In this document: positions 19,636 through 29,742 of the stretch, one piece after another
Numbering within the stretch: position 1 is the stretch's first letter
Layout: each line of letters starts with the position of its first letter
Source: Candidatus Aenigmatarchaeota archaeon
GTDB taxonomy: Archaea; Aenigmatarchaeota; Aenigmatarchaeia; CG10238-14; SpSt-28
Assembly (NCBI GenBank): GCA_018920305.1
Contig: JAHLMO010000001.1
Span: 11,473-75,472, forward strand
Direction: 5' to 3'
DNA length: 64,000 bases
Notes under the pieces: model-generated
Seen by the model: the letters and a program-made list of their open reading frames with translations, nothing else
Told to the model about the DNA's origin: nothing
Databases searched by the model: none
Position numbers and translations under genes: made by a program

Positions 19636-21396
19636 CTATTGTTTAGCTAAACTATTTACTAAAATATTGCCAATCTCTTTTTCATATTCTTTAATTTTTC
19701 TTAAAACGTTTAACAAAAAACTTTTGGCTTCATTTAAAACATTTTCTAAAGAATTTTTTCCCTCTATGATTTCATCCATTTTTCTTTCAAAATCTCTAGT
19801 TAACTCTTCGCTTAGAATTTCTGGACAATACTTTAAAAATATTTCTACTACCGCTTTTCCTAAGTCTGTTATTTTCATTTTATCTCCAATTACATATTTT
19901 CTATCATAAAGAGTTTTTACTATTTCCGCTCTTGTAGCTTTAGTTCCCAAATTTCTAGATTCTAATTCCTTTATTAAACTTGCTCTTGTATATCTTGCAG
20001 GAGGTTTGGTTTTCTCTTTTAATAAATTTACTGATTTTATAGGAATTTCTTCATACAAACTTAGAGTTGGCAAAATGTCTTCTTCTAATTTAATATAATC
20101 TTTATATATTTTTAGCCAATTTTCTTTAACTGTTCGATGAAAAGTATTATGAAAAATAAAATTATCAACCTTTGCAATTACTTTAATACTTTTTCTTATT
20201 GCTGGTTTATGTAAACAAACTAAAAATCTTTTAACAATTAAATCGTATAACATAATTTCTGGTTTGCTTAATTTTTTGAAGTCAGGAATTTCTTCTGTAG
20301 GTATTATTGCTGGGTGTGCAGGATCATCTTTTTTTCCTTCAACAATTTCAATTTTATCGAAAGATAAAATTTCCTTAACAAAATAACTATAAAATGGAAT
20401 TTTGCTAATGGAATTCAAAATAGGAAAAATATTTATACCTTTTAATTTCTGAGAAGAAGATCTAGGATAAGAAATATATCCTTTTAAATATAAACTTTCT
20501 GCAATTTTTAAAGTATATTCTGGCTTAAATCCAAAAACATAATAAGCTTCCTCTTGTAAATCTGTAGTGTTAAATGGTGGTAAAGGATTTAATTTATATT
20601 CTTCTTCTTTTATTTGAACAATTTTTATTTTCTTGTTTTTTATTTTTTCAATAATTTCTTTTGCTTTATTATAATCTTTAATTCTATCTTCTATGTAAAA
20701 CAAATAAAATTTTATTCCATTTTTTTCAATTTCCAACTTTATTTTATAATAAATTTCTGGCTTAAAATTTTCAATTTCTTTTTCTCTTAAATAGACTAAA
20801 TATAAAGCTGGTCCTTGAACTCTACCTATTGATAAAATTCTTTTTTCATTTGAAACCTTTCTCAAACTAATCATTAATGCTCTTGATAAATTAATCCCCC
20901 AATACCAATCTAAATAATGTCTTGCTAATCCTGCGTTTACTTGATTAATCTCAAATTCGATAAGATTACTAAAGGATTTAATTATTTCACTTTTCGTTAA
21001 TGTACTAAATTTCATTCTTTTGATTTCCTTATTTAGACCTATTAAATATTTTAATATGTTCCATGCAATTACATATCCTTCAATATCATAATCGGTTGCT
21101 ACAATAACTTTATTTACATCTCTTGCTAAATCTTTTATTAATTTTGCAAATTTTTCTGCTCTATTATCTACTATTTCCCAATCGGCATTGAAAATTGGAT
21201 AATCAAAGTTATTTTCTTGGGGTTCTAATTTAAATAAATGACCCAAAGCAGATACAACATAATAAATTTTATTATTATAATAAGAAACGAAATAAGGAAC
21301 TTTATTATTAACTATTTTTTTAGCTATTGGAAATAAACTATATGCAATTTTTCTCATAGCAGTAGGTTTTTCTGTTAAAATAATAATTTTTTCCAT
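19636..21396 (-). CDS. topA: Type IA DNA topoisomerase (topo I/III-like), compact at 586 aa
   Basis: The Toprim start is MEKIIILTEKPTAMRKIA and the GRVQGPAL block is present. The active-site Tyr motif is GYISYPRSSS (equivalent to GxxxYxRTDS). Confidence 0.8.
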   Translation of the reverse strand: MEKIIILTEKPTAMRKIAYSLFPIAKKIVNNKVPYFVSYYNNKIYYVVSALGHLFKLEPQENNFDYPIFNADWEIVDNRAEKFAKLIKDLARDVNKVIVATDYDIEGYVIAWNILKYLIGLNKEIKRMKFSTLTKSEIIKSFSNLIEFEINQVNAGLARHYLDWYWGINLSRALMISLRKVSNEKRILSIGRVQGPALYLVYLREKEIENFKPEIYYKIKLEIEKNGIKFYLFYIEDRIKDYNKAKEIIEKIKNKKIKIVQIKEEEYKLNPLPPFNTTDLQEEAYYVFGFKPEYTLKIAESLYLKGYISYPRSSSQKLKGINIFPILNSISKIPFYSYFVKEILSFDKIEIVEGKKDDPAHPAIIPTEEIPDFKKLSKPEIMLYDLIVKRFLVCLHKPAIRKSIKVIAKVDNFIFHNTFHRTVKENWLKIYKDYIKLEEDILPTLSLYEEIPIKSVNLLKEKTKPPARYTRASLIKELESRNLGTKATRAEIVKTLYDRKYVIGDKMKITDLGKAVVEIFLKYCPEILSEELTRDFERKMDEIIEGKNSLENVLNEAKSFLLNVLRKIKEYEKEIGNILVNSLAKQ

Positions 21397-21421
21397 ATTT
21401 TAAAATCGGATAAAATATTTT

Positions 21422-23611
21422 ATGTATGTTATAGGAATTACTCCTGGTGTTTTTCAAATTGCTAGAGCTGCTGGTGCTGAGATTGCAAGAGAATTTGCAG
21501 GAATAGAAGAAAAATTAAGATATGGATATACCGTTGGATGTAATTTCTTTCAAATAGATCAAGAAGTTTTTGGAGAATTTGTAGAACCAAATTTAATTAA
21601 AAGAATTTCTAGATTAATTCAAGAAATGAATATTCAATGGGCATTACATGGATTATTAATTGGAGAAGTTTATCAAACATTAGAACCAATAAATTTTATT
21701 CTTTGGAAATTATCTCATTTAATTCTAAATAGAGATTTAATTTTTTTATACGAAATCTTGCAAGAAATAAAAAGGAATAATTATTCAAAAGAAGTTTTTC
21801 CACACTATACAATTTATCACGCAAGTAAAGAATTGGTTGTTGGTTATGCATACTTTAGGGAAAAAGAAATATTATCAGAAGTTTTAACTACAACTCCAGA
21901 GGGTAATACAGATTGGGATAGTTTCTTAGAAAAAAGAAGGAAATTAAAAGAATGGTTTCTAGAAAATCTATTTGAAATTTTATTTAAAAGAGAGGTTTCT
22001 AGAAGATTCGCAGGTTTTATTCCTTCTCCACTATCTCTTGCTTTAATTAATTCGTTATACATCCCTTTTAAAGATAATAAAATATCTGAAGAAGATCTAA
22101 GAAAAATTTTAGAGAAAATAAAAGAAGACATAAGTGAGATTAATATAGATAATATCGTTAGTTCTTTTAATAATCTTAAGGAAATTGGAATTAAGTTAAT
22201 TGATGAAAACATAATAAGAATTGAAGAAAAAGTTGGCAGTCCTTCTTTAATTAATTTTTTAAGAGATATATATCCAAAAATTAAAAAATTATTTGAAAAA
22301 GTAGAAATTTTCTTTAAAGAAAAAAATTTAGAAAATGAATTTAAAAAAGCGAAATTAGAAAGTTTAGAAAATTCTTATTTAATATATAAGCAACAGTATG
22401 AAAGAGGAATAGCAAAAGGTGCAATACTTTATGAAGATATAGCTATGGTACTAGTATGCAAGGATGTTGAATTTGGTTATTTCGAACCAAATTATAAATC
22501 TTTCTTATCAAAAAAGACTTGTGAATTTTTAATTAAAAGATTATTGGATGGGAAAAAAATTGAAGAGCACGTAAGAGAAGCTTATAAAAAATTAGACATT
22601 AAATTTGAAAAAGAATTAATAGATTTTGAAAGAGGAGAGATAAATTTAACTCCAAAATTAAATGTTTTAGCTTCAATCGTTTATTCAATTTCTCATTTTT
22701 TAGTTGGTATAGAGAATTTTCCCGAAATTTTGGATGAAACAAAAAGAAGGAATATTCATTTAAATGAAGAAGAAAGAAAAAGAATTGAAGAATTTGCGAA
22801 AAAAAGTCCGTATGAAAAATTGAAAATAATAATAGAGGAACTTAGAAAGATTGGAGTTGATAGAGAAGAAGCATTTTTTATTGCAATAGAAACTCCAGAA
22901 GCTTCTCCACCTTATGAAGGATTGAGAAGAATATGTAGATTAAAAGATGTCTTTATTACAAGTGAAGCTTTGAACTTAGAATTTCAAGTTAGATATAATA
23001 CAAATGAAAAAGCTTTTGCTGCATGTATTGATACAGAACATTTATTATCTAATGCATTTAATATAAACAATGAAATAGAAGAATTAATTAAATATATTGA
23101 AAAATGGAAAAACGAAATTTATTCAAGAGTCGCAATATACCATATAGGAATTCCAAAACCATATTTTGGAACTACACACATTCCCTTCGATATTGGAAGT
23201 GATGAACAATATTTAATTTATGAATATTCGTTTAAATTAAAAAAGGCTGGTTTTAATGATGAGAAAAAAAATAATTTAAAAAGATATAGTTATTTAATTT
23301 TTGAAAGAGGTGGTGGACAATTACCATTTCAATTTTTAAGAACTGTAATATTAGCATTAAGAATAATTAAGAAATATTTAGAAATGAATATAGAACCAAA
23401 TGAAATAGAAAAGAAAAAAGAATACTATTCTGAATTTTTTGGATTTGACGAACAATTTATTAGAGAAAAAGAAATTATTTTTCGACATGCACTAGAACCG
23501 TTAAAAGGACTAATTGTTTGGCCAGAAGAAACACATACAATTTTAGGAAGAGAAGCAATAGAAAGATTTAGAAAAAGACCAGAAGAATGGGCAGGAGAAG
23601 AATATAAATAA
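21422..23611 (+). CDS. Large hypothetical protein of 729 aa, with a possible xylose-isomerase-like TIM-barrel segment
   Basis: It is long and unbroken in AT-rich DNA. The C-terminal third has blocks reminiscent of the AP-endonuclease-2/sugar-phosphate-isomerase TIM-barrel fold (AACIDTEHLL..., RVAIYHIGIP...HIPFDIGSDE). No confident family assignment can be made. Confidence 0.55.
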   Translation: MYVIGITPGVFQIARAAGAEIAREFAGIEEKLRYGYTVGCNFFQIDQEVFGEFVEPNLIKRISRLIQEMNIQWALHGLLIGEVYQTLEPINFILWKLSHLILNRDLIFLYEILQEIKRNNYSKEVFPHYTIYHASKELVVGYAYFREKEILSEVLTTTPEGNTDWDSFLEKRRKLKEWFLENLFEILFKREVSRRFAGFIPSPLSLALINSLYIPFKDNKISEEDLRKILEKIKEDISEINIDNIVSSFNNLKEIGIKLIDENIIRIEEKVGSPSLINFLRDIYPKIKKLFEKVEIFFKEKNLENEFKKAKLESLENSYLIYKQQYERGIAKGAILYEDIAMVLVCKDVEFGYFEPNYKSFLSKKTCEFLIKRLLDGKKIEEHVREAYKKLDIKFEKELIDFERGEINLTPKLNVLASIVYSISHFLVGIENFPEILDETKRRNIHLNEEERKRIEEFAKKSPYEKLKIIIEELRKIGVDREEAFFIAIETPEASPPYEGLRRICRLKDVFITSEALNLEFQVRYNTNEKAFAACIDTEHLLSNAFNINNEIEELIKYIEKWKNEIYSRVAIYHIGIPKPYFGTTHIPFDIGSDEQYLIYEYSFKLKKAGFNDEKKNNLKRYSYLIFERGGGQLPFQFLRTVILALRIIKKYLEMNIEPNEIEKKKEYYSEFFGFDEQFIREKEIIFRHALEPLKGLIVWPEETHTILGREAIERFRKRPEEWAGEEYK

Positions 23612-23666
23612 AAAACAAATAACATTTAAGTTTAAAATTATGATAAGTTTTCTAAGAATAAAATAG

Positions 23667-23751
23667 GGGCCGGTAGCTTAGCGGAAAAGCGCCGCCTTCG
23701 CATTTAAAAAGAAAAAGGCGGAGACCCCGGGTTCGAATCCCGGCCGGTCCA
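23667..23751 (+). tRNA. tRNA-Ala(CGC) with an intron of about 13 nt
   Basis: The acceptor GGGCCGG/CCGGTCC carries the G3:U70 alanine identity pair. The anticodon stem CCGCC/GGCGG has the loop TTCGCAT, and a 13-nt A-rich insert sits at position 37/38. The T-arm is CCGGG-TTCGAAT-CCCGG. Confidence 0.85.
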
Positions 23752-23811
23752 ATTTAAATAGAAAAAAGTACAAAACTTTTTTCATTTAAAAAGTAAATTT
23801 TTTATGTTGTT

Positions 23812-24231
23812 ATGGAAAAAAATATTAGTTTTTTTGTTAAAATTGAAAAATTAAAAAAAGCTAGAAAAAGAGAAAAAGCAAGTGAAAAAGAAATATTTGA
23901 AATATTGAAAGATGCTTATAATAAAAAAATTGTGTTTGAATCTCAAGATAAACTTATAAAATATTTAAAAGAAAAAATTGGCAATAAAAATTTACCATCT
24001 AAAGAAAAAATTAGAAAAATTATAATTAAAGTTGGTTATAAAATTAAATATTCTACAAAAAAAGTTGATAAAGAATTAGATAAATGTCCTATATGTTTTT
24101 CTCCATTATTTGAAAAATATTCGATAAATTTAAGAAATGAAAAAATTATTGAATATTATTATTGCAAATTTTGTAATTTTAAAACAAAAGATAAAAGAGA
24201 TTTGCCAATAAAACTTAAATTTATTCTGTAG
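23812..24231 (+). CDS. Hypothetical Lys-rich protein with a C-terminal zinc ribbon
   Basis: CPICFSPLF...YYCKFCNF forms a CxxC...CxxC ribbon. The N-terminus is basic and Lys-rich. Confidence 0.45.
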   Translation: MEKNISFFVKIEKLKKARKREKASEKEIFEILKDAYNKKIVFESQDKLIKYLKEKIGNKNLPSKEKIRKIIIKVGYKIKYSTKKVDKELDKCPICFSPLFEKYSINLRNEKIIEYYYCKFCNFKTKDKRDLPIKLKFIL

Positions 24232-24937
24232 CTCTTGGAGCTACAACAAAGTCTAATATCATTTTATCAGTTTCTTTAAATGTTAACTTAATTGGATAAT
24301 CTGTTGCCCATTGGATTATTACTGTATCTGCAACTTTTGCTACTTTACTCATTGCAACTAAATAATCTAATGGATATCTTGCTCTACTATTTTCTTCTAC
24401 CTGTAAATCAAATAAAATGTCTTGACCTCTCTCGATTTCTATATCTAAAGAACTTAACTCACCAATAGCATAAAATCTTATTTTATTTCCATTCGTAGAT
24501 ATTTCTATTTCATCAGCAATCTGTTTTGCATCATCTAAAATTCTTTTAAAACCTTCACTAGCTATTTCTGCTCTTGCTTTAAATGTTAAAGCATCTATAT
24601 TTGGTAACTCTTCTTCTGTTAAAGTTAATATCGGCATAGTAAACTTTCTTCTTGCAGAATTTTCGAAAGAAATTACTAGTTTACCTGCTTCGTCATACAT
24701 TACTAATTTATCTTTTTTTGTTCCTCTTTTTAAAATTGTTTTTAATTCGTCTAAATTTACTCCTATAGATTCTTTTTCGACCTCAAATTCTTCAAAAGCT
24801 ATTGGTAATATATTAAGTCTTATTACAGAAATTAAAGCTTTATCTGCAGCGGTAAATATTAAACCTTTATCTTTTTCAAGTTTTATTACACCTTCTTCTA
24901 CTAACTTACTTATACTATCAAAAACATCTTTAAACAT
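24221..24937 (-). CDS. pcn: DNA polymerase sliding clamp PCNA
   Basis: MFKDVFDSISKLVEEGVIKLEKDKGLIFTAADKALISVIRLNI... aligns with the PCNA N-terminus. The start was chosen at the internal Met to give about 239 aa, whereas the track ORF extends to 25021. Confidence 0.85.
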   Translation of the reverse strand: MFKDVFDSISKLVEEGVIKLEKDKGLIFTAADKALISVIRLNILPIAFEEFEVEKESIGVNLDELKTILKRGTKKDKLVMYDEAGKLVISFENSARRKFTMPILTLTEEELPNIDALTFKARAEIASEGFKRILDDAKQIADEIEISTNGNKIRFYAIGELSSLDIEIERGQDILFDLQVEENSRARYPLDYLVAMSKVAKVADTVIIQWATDYPIKLTFKETDKMILDFVVAPRATE

Positions 24938-24983
24938 TGTTGTCTCGTATGTTGATACCCTGAACATAAAAATAATATTTAAT

Positions 24984-25265
24984 TTAAATATAAAGGTTTT
25001 TATACTTAAAGAAAATTTCATTTACTTTTTTGAACTTTTCAAAATCAATTTTCTGAACTATATCAACTATAAAATCCTCTTTATCTTTTGTAAAAAAAAT
25101 TCTTACAAAATCGTTTGTATTTACTTTAAATATAGAAAGAAAAAAAATATTACAGTCTTCTATTTTAAAACCTTCATCTCTGACTTCGCTTATTTTGGAA
25201 TAGGTAAAATATTTTCCATCTTTTAGTTCTTTTGTAATTTCTTTAGGATCAATATATTTATACAT
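24984..25265 (-). CDS. Hypothetical protein of 93 aa
   Basis: An ORF with no recognisable motif. Confidence 0.35.
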   Translation of the reverse strand: MYKYIDPKEITKELKDGKYFTYSKISEVRDEGFKIEDCNIFFLSIFKVNTNDFVRIFFTKDKEDFIVDIVQKIDFEKFKKVNEIFFKYKNLYI

Positions 25266-25294
25266 AAAATGTTATTGACAAAAATTGCTTTAAA

Positions 25295-25621
25295 TTATTC
25301 ATATCCCCTCCAAGAATAATTACATTTTGTACATATATAGAATACTGTTGGTGGCTCATCAGCACTCCTTGTTTGCTGTACATAATAATATGCTTCCTCA
25401 TTACCACATTTCGGACAAATAACCTTTGTTTTTGGTAAATTTTTTTCTGACTCTTTTTTAGTAATTAAAATTGCTTCCTCGCTTTCCTTCTTTACTTTAG
25501 TCGTTATTTTTATATCATCTTCAAAAGAATAGTTTTTATCGCATTTTTTACAGTAAAAAACTATTCCTTTTTTTGTTCTCTTTGGTATTAATATATTTCC
25601 ACACTTTGGACATGTCCTCAT
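25295..25621 (-). CDS. tfs: Transcription factor S / RNA polymerase subunit M (TFIIS-like)
   Basis: The N-terminal zinc ribbon is CPKCGN...CKKC. The C-terminal TFIIS-type ribbon reads CPKCGNEEAYYYVQQTRSADEPPTVFYICTKCNYSWR. Confidence 0.85.
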   Translation of the reverse strand: MRTCPKCGNILIPKRTKKGIVFYCKKCDKNYSFEDDIKITTKVKKESEEAILITKKESEKNLPKTKVICPKCGNEEAYYYVQQTRSADEPPTVFYICTKCNYSWRGYE

Positions 25622-25701
25622 TATATATAAAAAGCTTTACCCTTTTATATTTTTTTAAGTAGGTAAGAAGAATATAAGAATATTTTGAAAATAAATTATT
25701 T

Positions 25702-26148
25702 ATGAAAGGAATATCCCCATTAATTGCTACAATAATTTTAATAGCCCTAACAATTGCCATTGCTGGAATATTAGGTTTATGGGTAGCAAGTTATGTTGGT
25801 ACACAAACAGCTCAAATTAATAAATCTTCAGAGGAAATTATTACAATAGAATGTTCATTAATGAAATTTGAAGTTATTTCATGTGCAAAAAATAATGATC
25901 AAGTTAGAATAATACTTTTAAACAACGGACCAATAGTCATTAATGGTTTAAAAATAAATTTTATCGAAAGAGACGAAAATGGAAATATTATAGATGTTGA
26001 TTCACAAGATCTTAATGAAAAAATTAATAGAGGAGATTATAAAGCATTTACTCAACAAATTCCTTCTAATTTTCAAAATAAAGATTTTACTTTAGAAATT
26101 AGAAGCATTCAATGTCTAGATGTAAAAAGAGAAATTATATGTAGATAA
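25702..26148 (+). CDS. Archaeal type IV pilin-like protein (class III signal peptide)
   Basis: The N-terminus MKGISPLIATIILIALTIAIAG is a typical KG/ISP prepilin-peptidase (PibD/FlaK) cleavage context. It is followed by a hydrophobic helix. Confidence 0.75.
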   Translation: MKGISPLIATIILIALTIAIAGILGLWVASYVGTQTAQINKSSEEIITIECSLMKFEVISCAKNNDQVRIILLNNGPIVINGLKINFIERDENGNIIDVDSQDLNEKINRGDYKAFTQQIPSNFQNKDFTLEIRSIQCLDVKREIICR

Positions 26149-26955
26149 TTAAATCAAAATTGAAAAAACTACATAGCCAATTAGCATAAGAACAATTGAA
26201 TATCTTAATCCTGGAATTATGCTTCCTTCACTCATTTTTCCTATTAACATACCACTAAAGAAACTTTGAATTAAAATTAAGTGTATTAGAATTTCTTTAA
26301 TTTCTTGGATATTTATTGCAAGTTGCTGAGATTGTTGAACTGCTGGAAGTAAAAATTTTACTAAAATTATCATTATTATTAAAAACATGAAATAAATCAT
26401 AAAACCATTTATTTTTGTTGGTGCTGATATCATTTCTCTTTCTCTTCTTACTTTTTCTGTTTCTATAATACTTCTTATAACCGCTTCTATTGTTGTATTT
26501 ACATCTCCACCTGCTTTTAAAGCTTCTCCAATAGTTATACTAATTTTTTTGATTAATTTAGATTCACTTCTTCTAGCTAAATTATTCAAAGCTTTATCAA
26601 AAGGTATTCCGAGTTTTACTTCAGAATACATTTTTTTAATTAGAGGTGAAAGAGATTTATAATCAAAATCTTTTAAATTTTCCAGTGAAGATATTATACT
26701 TCTTCCACTTCTAATATTTTCCGATAAATCTCTTAAAAAAATTGAAAAGAAAAATTCCATTTCCTTTCTTTTTCTATGTTTTTCATTAAAAATCAAAAAT
26801 ATACCTATTAATGGAATAAAGATTGCTAAAACATTTAAAGAAGTTTGAATAACTATATTTTTGAATATTTTAGAGAGAAGAAAATTGTTTAGAAAAAATA
26901 TAAATATTCCTAAAAAAATTAATATAAGTATTGTTAAAATTTCTTCGAGCTTCAT
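26149..26955 (-). CDS. FlaJ/TadC-like pilus-assembly membrane protein (T2SS-F domain), half 2
   Basis: Polytopic membrane protein with a T2SSF-like cytoplasmic loop. It overlaps the upstream FlaJ-half ORF by 4 nt (ATGA). Confidence 0.65.
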   Translation of the reverse strand: MKLEEILTILILIFLGIFIFFLNNFLLSKIFKNIVIQTSLNVLAIFIPLIGIFLIFNEKHRKRKEMEFFFSIFLRDLSENIRSGRSIISSLENLKDFDYKSLSPLIKKMYSEVKLGIPFDKALNNLARRSESKLIKKISITIGEALKAGGDVNTTIEAVIRSIIETEKVRREREMISAPTKINGFMIYFMFLIIMIILVKFLLPAVQQSQQLAINIQEIKEILIHLILIQSFFSGMLIGKMSEGSIIPGLRYSIVLMLIGYVVFSILI

Positions 26956-27809
26956 ATTTCAACTTCGATAGTCTTTATTATCATTAAAAAAATTATGTTT
27001 AAAAATGGTAATATTATATATGAAAAAATTTTTAACAAGTCCATTAAAGAAATAAAACCAATATTTGCTTGAATTGCTGCCATAACAACGATTATAGAAA
27101 CTAGAAGAAGTGGTGCAGATATTACTAAACCTACATATATTTCACTTATCGTACCTAATTTTTGTAAAAAATCTTCTCTCTTTATTTTCCAGTCAAACAT
27201 TAGATAATCATAAGTTACTTTTAAATAATTTTTCAAATCCCCACCACTTTCAATTATAGATGCTATATTGTTTAAAAATTTCTGAAACAATAAAGAACAA
27301 GAAGTTGAAGCAACTCTTCGTATTGCAGAAATAAAATCTTCCCCATAAACTTCTACTCTAGTAATTATTTCTTTAAATTCTTTAGAAATTGCTCCATACT
27401 CATCCTCAAATTTAGAAATTATTTTAAAAATTAGATAAGGATTAATATTACTTTCTGCTAAAGAAATCATGTGAGAAACTAATGGTATAAAATTTGACTC
27501 TATTTGAAATTTATATGAACTCTCTTTTTGGAATATATTAAAATAAAATGTCAAAAATGTAATAATAGGCAAAACAATTGGAAATAAAAATTTTATTATT
27601 AACAAATTGTCAGGAAGAGAAATGGGTATAAAAAGAAATATTATACCTATTATTAAGGATAAGAAAACAAAGAAAAAAATTCTAGCCAAATAAACAGAAT
27701 ATAGCGTTTTTGATCTTGTAGCTATTAAGGCTTTTCTTATTCTTAAAAAAAATGGAAATTTTTTTGTTCTTTCTACCAACCAAGAAAATAGTTGATATTC
27801 AAAACTCAT
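26952..27809 (-). CDS. FlaJ/TadB-like pilus-assembly membrane protein (T2SS-F domain), half 1
   Basis: Polytopic membrane protein lying directly downstream of the FlaI ATPase. Archaeal FlaJ is usually one protein of about 550 aa carrying two such domains. Confidence 0.6.
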   Translation of the reverse strand: MSFEYQLFSWLVERTKKFPFFLRIRKALIATRSKTLYSVYLARIFFFVFLSLIIGIIFLFIPISLPDNLLIIKFLFPIVLPIITFLTFYFNIFQKESSYKFQIESNFIPLVSHMISLAESNINPYLIFKIISKFEDEYGAISKEFKEIITRVEVYGEDFISAIRRVASTSCSLLFQKFLNNIASIIESGGDLKNYLKVTYDYLMFDWKIKREDFLQKLGTISEIYVGLVISAPLLLVSIIVVMAAIQANIGFISLMDLLKIFSYIILPFLNIIFLMIIKTIEVEI

Positions 27810-27815
27810 AAATAA

Positions 27816-29420
27816 TTAACTTTCAATTACAAAAATATAACCTAATTCTTTAGCAAGCAAATTTTCCCTTAATTTTAGAATTATTTTTTTTGCTTCTTCG
27901 TATTCTATTTTTTCCTCAATGATTTTCATTAAAAAGTTTTTATCCCTATAATATAATTTTATAATTTCTACAACTTCTTCATAAGTTCTTTTTCCACTTT
28001 TAAGAAGCCATTCTAAAACTTTTTTTCTATTCTCTATTTCTTTTTTTGCAGTTTCCAAAGATAATCCAAACTTTTCACATATCCTTGAAATTAATATGCT
28101 TTCATTAACTTTTTCTAAAATATCTTCAAATGGATTCCATCTAAATACAATATTTTGCATTATATTTCCTTTTTCATCAAGACCAACAATTTCTATTATT
28201 TCTTGAACTCTTCTTGCAAATTCTCCCTTTTCTCTTACTCTTCTCATCACTATTACTAAATCTAATGCTTCTAATAAACTTACTGGTAACTCTATTGGTG
28301 GAGAAATTAGTCTTTTTACTAGCGATGTTACATCTTCTGCATGAAATGTTGATGCGCTTGCATGTCCAGAAGCCATACCTTGAAACATTACATAAACTTC
28401 TTTTCCTCGCGTTTCTCCAACAATAACATAATCTGGATTCATTCTAAGACTTTCTCTTAATAAATCGAATAAATTTACTTCTCCATATTTTGATCCTGTA
28501 GGTAAAGGTAAACCAAAACCTGTTCTAGTAACCAAAGGAACCCAATGTTCATGCATAAATCTTAATTCCCTAGTATCTTCTATGCTAACTATTTTTGCTT
28601 CTGGCTTAATAAAAATTCCAAGGCTGTTTAATAAGCTTGTTTTTCCACTTCCTACTCCACCAATAATTAAAAAAGAAATTTTATGTTCGATCAAAAACCA
28701 AAGATAAGCTAAAGCTTCTATGTTTATCGTTTTTAATTCTACTAATTCAATTGGAGAGAAAGGTTTTTCGGTAAATTTTCTTATAGTAAAGGAAGGTCCT
28801 CTTTGGGAAACTTCTTCGCTAAATGTTGCACTAACTCTAGAACCATCTGGTAAAGAACCTTCTAATAGTGGTTCTGCATAAGATACATGTCTTCCACATC
28901 TTTGAGCTAATTTTATAATAAATTCTTTTAATTCATCGACATCATTAAAAATTATATTAGTTCTTATGTTCCCAAAATATCTATGTGTTACATAAATTGG
29001 AATATTTATTCCGCTACAGCTTATATCTTCAATATATGGATCATTCATTAGAGGTTCTATCTTACCTAATCCTATAAAATCCCTAGAAATATAATAAGAA
29101 ATCTTCAATAAGCTTTCGCTATCAATTTTAACTTTTAATATTTTTAAAACTTTTTTAATTGCGTCTTCTAATAACTTATTTAATTTTTCCCTATCTTTAA
29201 TAGCTATTATATTAACATCTAAGTATTCTAGTATAAGTTCTTTTATCTTTTCTAACTGTTTTTTTTCATTATCACTTAATTGTGGCTCAATTACTTCATA
29301 AACTATTGACTTTAAATTTCTATCATAAAAAATATGAGCATATGCAAAAGATTTTATTAATTCATAAGAAATATTTAGATCTTCTAATTTTTCCGGAATT
29401 CTTATTTCCTTTTCATTCAT
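27816..29420 (-). CDS. FlaI/VirB11/GspE-family secretion ATPase (archaeal type IV pilus/archaellum assembly ATPase)
   Basis: Walker A is LIIGGVGSGKTS. The Asp/His boxes (MRNPDYVIVGETRG, GHASASTFHA) are typical of FlaI/TadA. Confidence 0.85.
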   Translation of the reverse strand: MNEKEIRIPEKLEDLNISYELIKSFAYAHIFYDRNLKSIVYEVIEPQLSDNEKKQLEKIKELILEYLDVNIIAIKDREKLNKLLEDAIKKVLKILKVKIDSESLLKISYYISRDFIGLGKIEPLMNDPYIEDISCSGINIPIYVTHRYFGNIRTNIIFNDVDELKEFIIKLAQRCGRHVSYAEPLLEGSLPDGSRVSATFSEEVSQRGPSFTIRKFTEKPFSPIELVELKTINIEALAYLWFLIEHKISFLIIGGVGSGKTSLLNSLGIFIKPEAKIVSIEDTRELRFMHEHWVPLVTRTGFGLPLPTGSKYGEVNLFDLLRESLRMNPDYVIVGETRGKEVYVMFQGMASGHASASTFHAEDVTSLVKRLISPPIELPVSLLEALDLVIVMRRVREKGEFARRVQEIIEIVGLDEKGNIMQNIVFRWNPFEDILEKVNESILISRICEKFGLSLETAKKEIENRKKVLEWLLKSGKRTYEEVVEIIKLYYRDKNFLMKIIEEKIEYEEAKKIILKLRENLLAKELGYIFVIES

Positions 29421-29433
29421 AAATAAAATTATT

Positions 29434-29715
29434 CTACATTTTTAGTTTTTTTCTTACAGCTTTTCCTGGTTGAACTACTCCCAAAAATCTTGCACATTTT
29501 GGACAGACTCTTAATTTTACAGAACTTAAACTAACTAAGTTTGGATTTACGTTTTTTAATATAAGAGGATCTTTTATTGAAAATTTCTTATTTATAATAA
29601 AGGTTTTATATCTAGGATATAATCCACCACACAAATCACAGTGAATATGATATTCATTACCTCTAGCTTTTGTATGCTGATAAGTTCTTTTATATGGTGC
29701 TTTGCTTATTGGCAT
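29434..29715 (-). CDS. rps26e: Ribosomal protein eS26
   Basis: MPISKAPYKRTYQHTKARGNEYHIHCDLCGGLYPRYKTFIIN ... RVCPKCARFLGVV parallels the eS26 pattern (basic N-terminus, then HCxxCG...PKDKAI...RN, then YCVSCAIH). Confidence 0.6.
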   Translation of the reverse strand: MPISKAPYKRTYQHTKARGNEYHIHCDLCGGLYPRYKTFIINKKFSIKDPLILKNVNPNLVSLSSVKLRVCPKCARFLGVVQPGKAVRKKLKM

Positions 29716-29742
29716 ACAAAAATATGTATGAAAAATATATAT

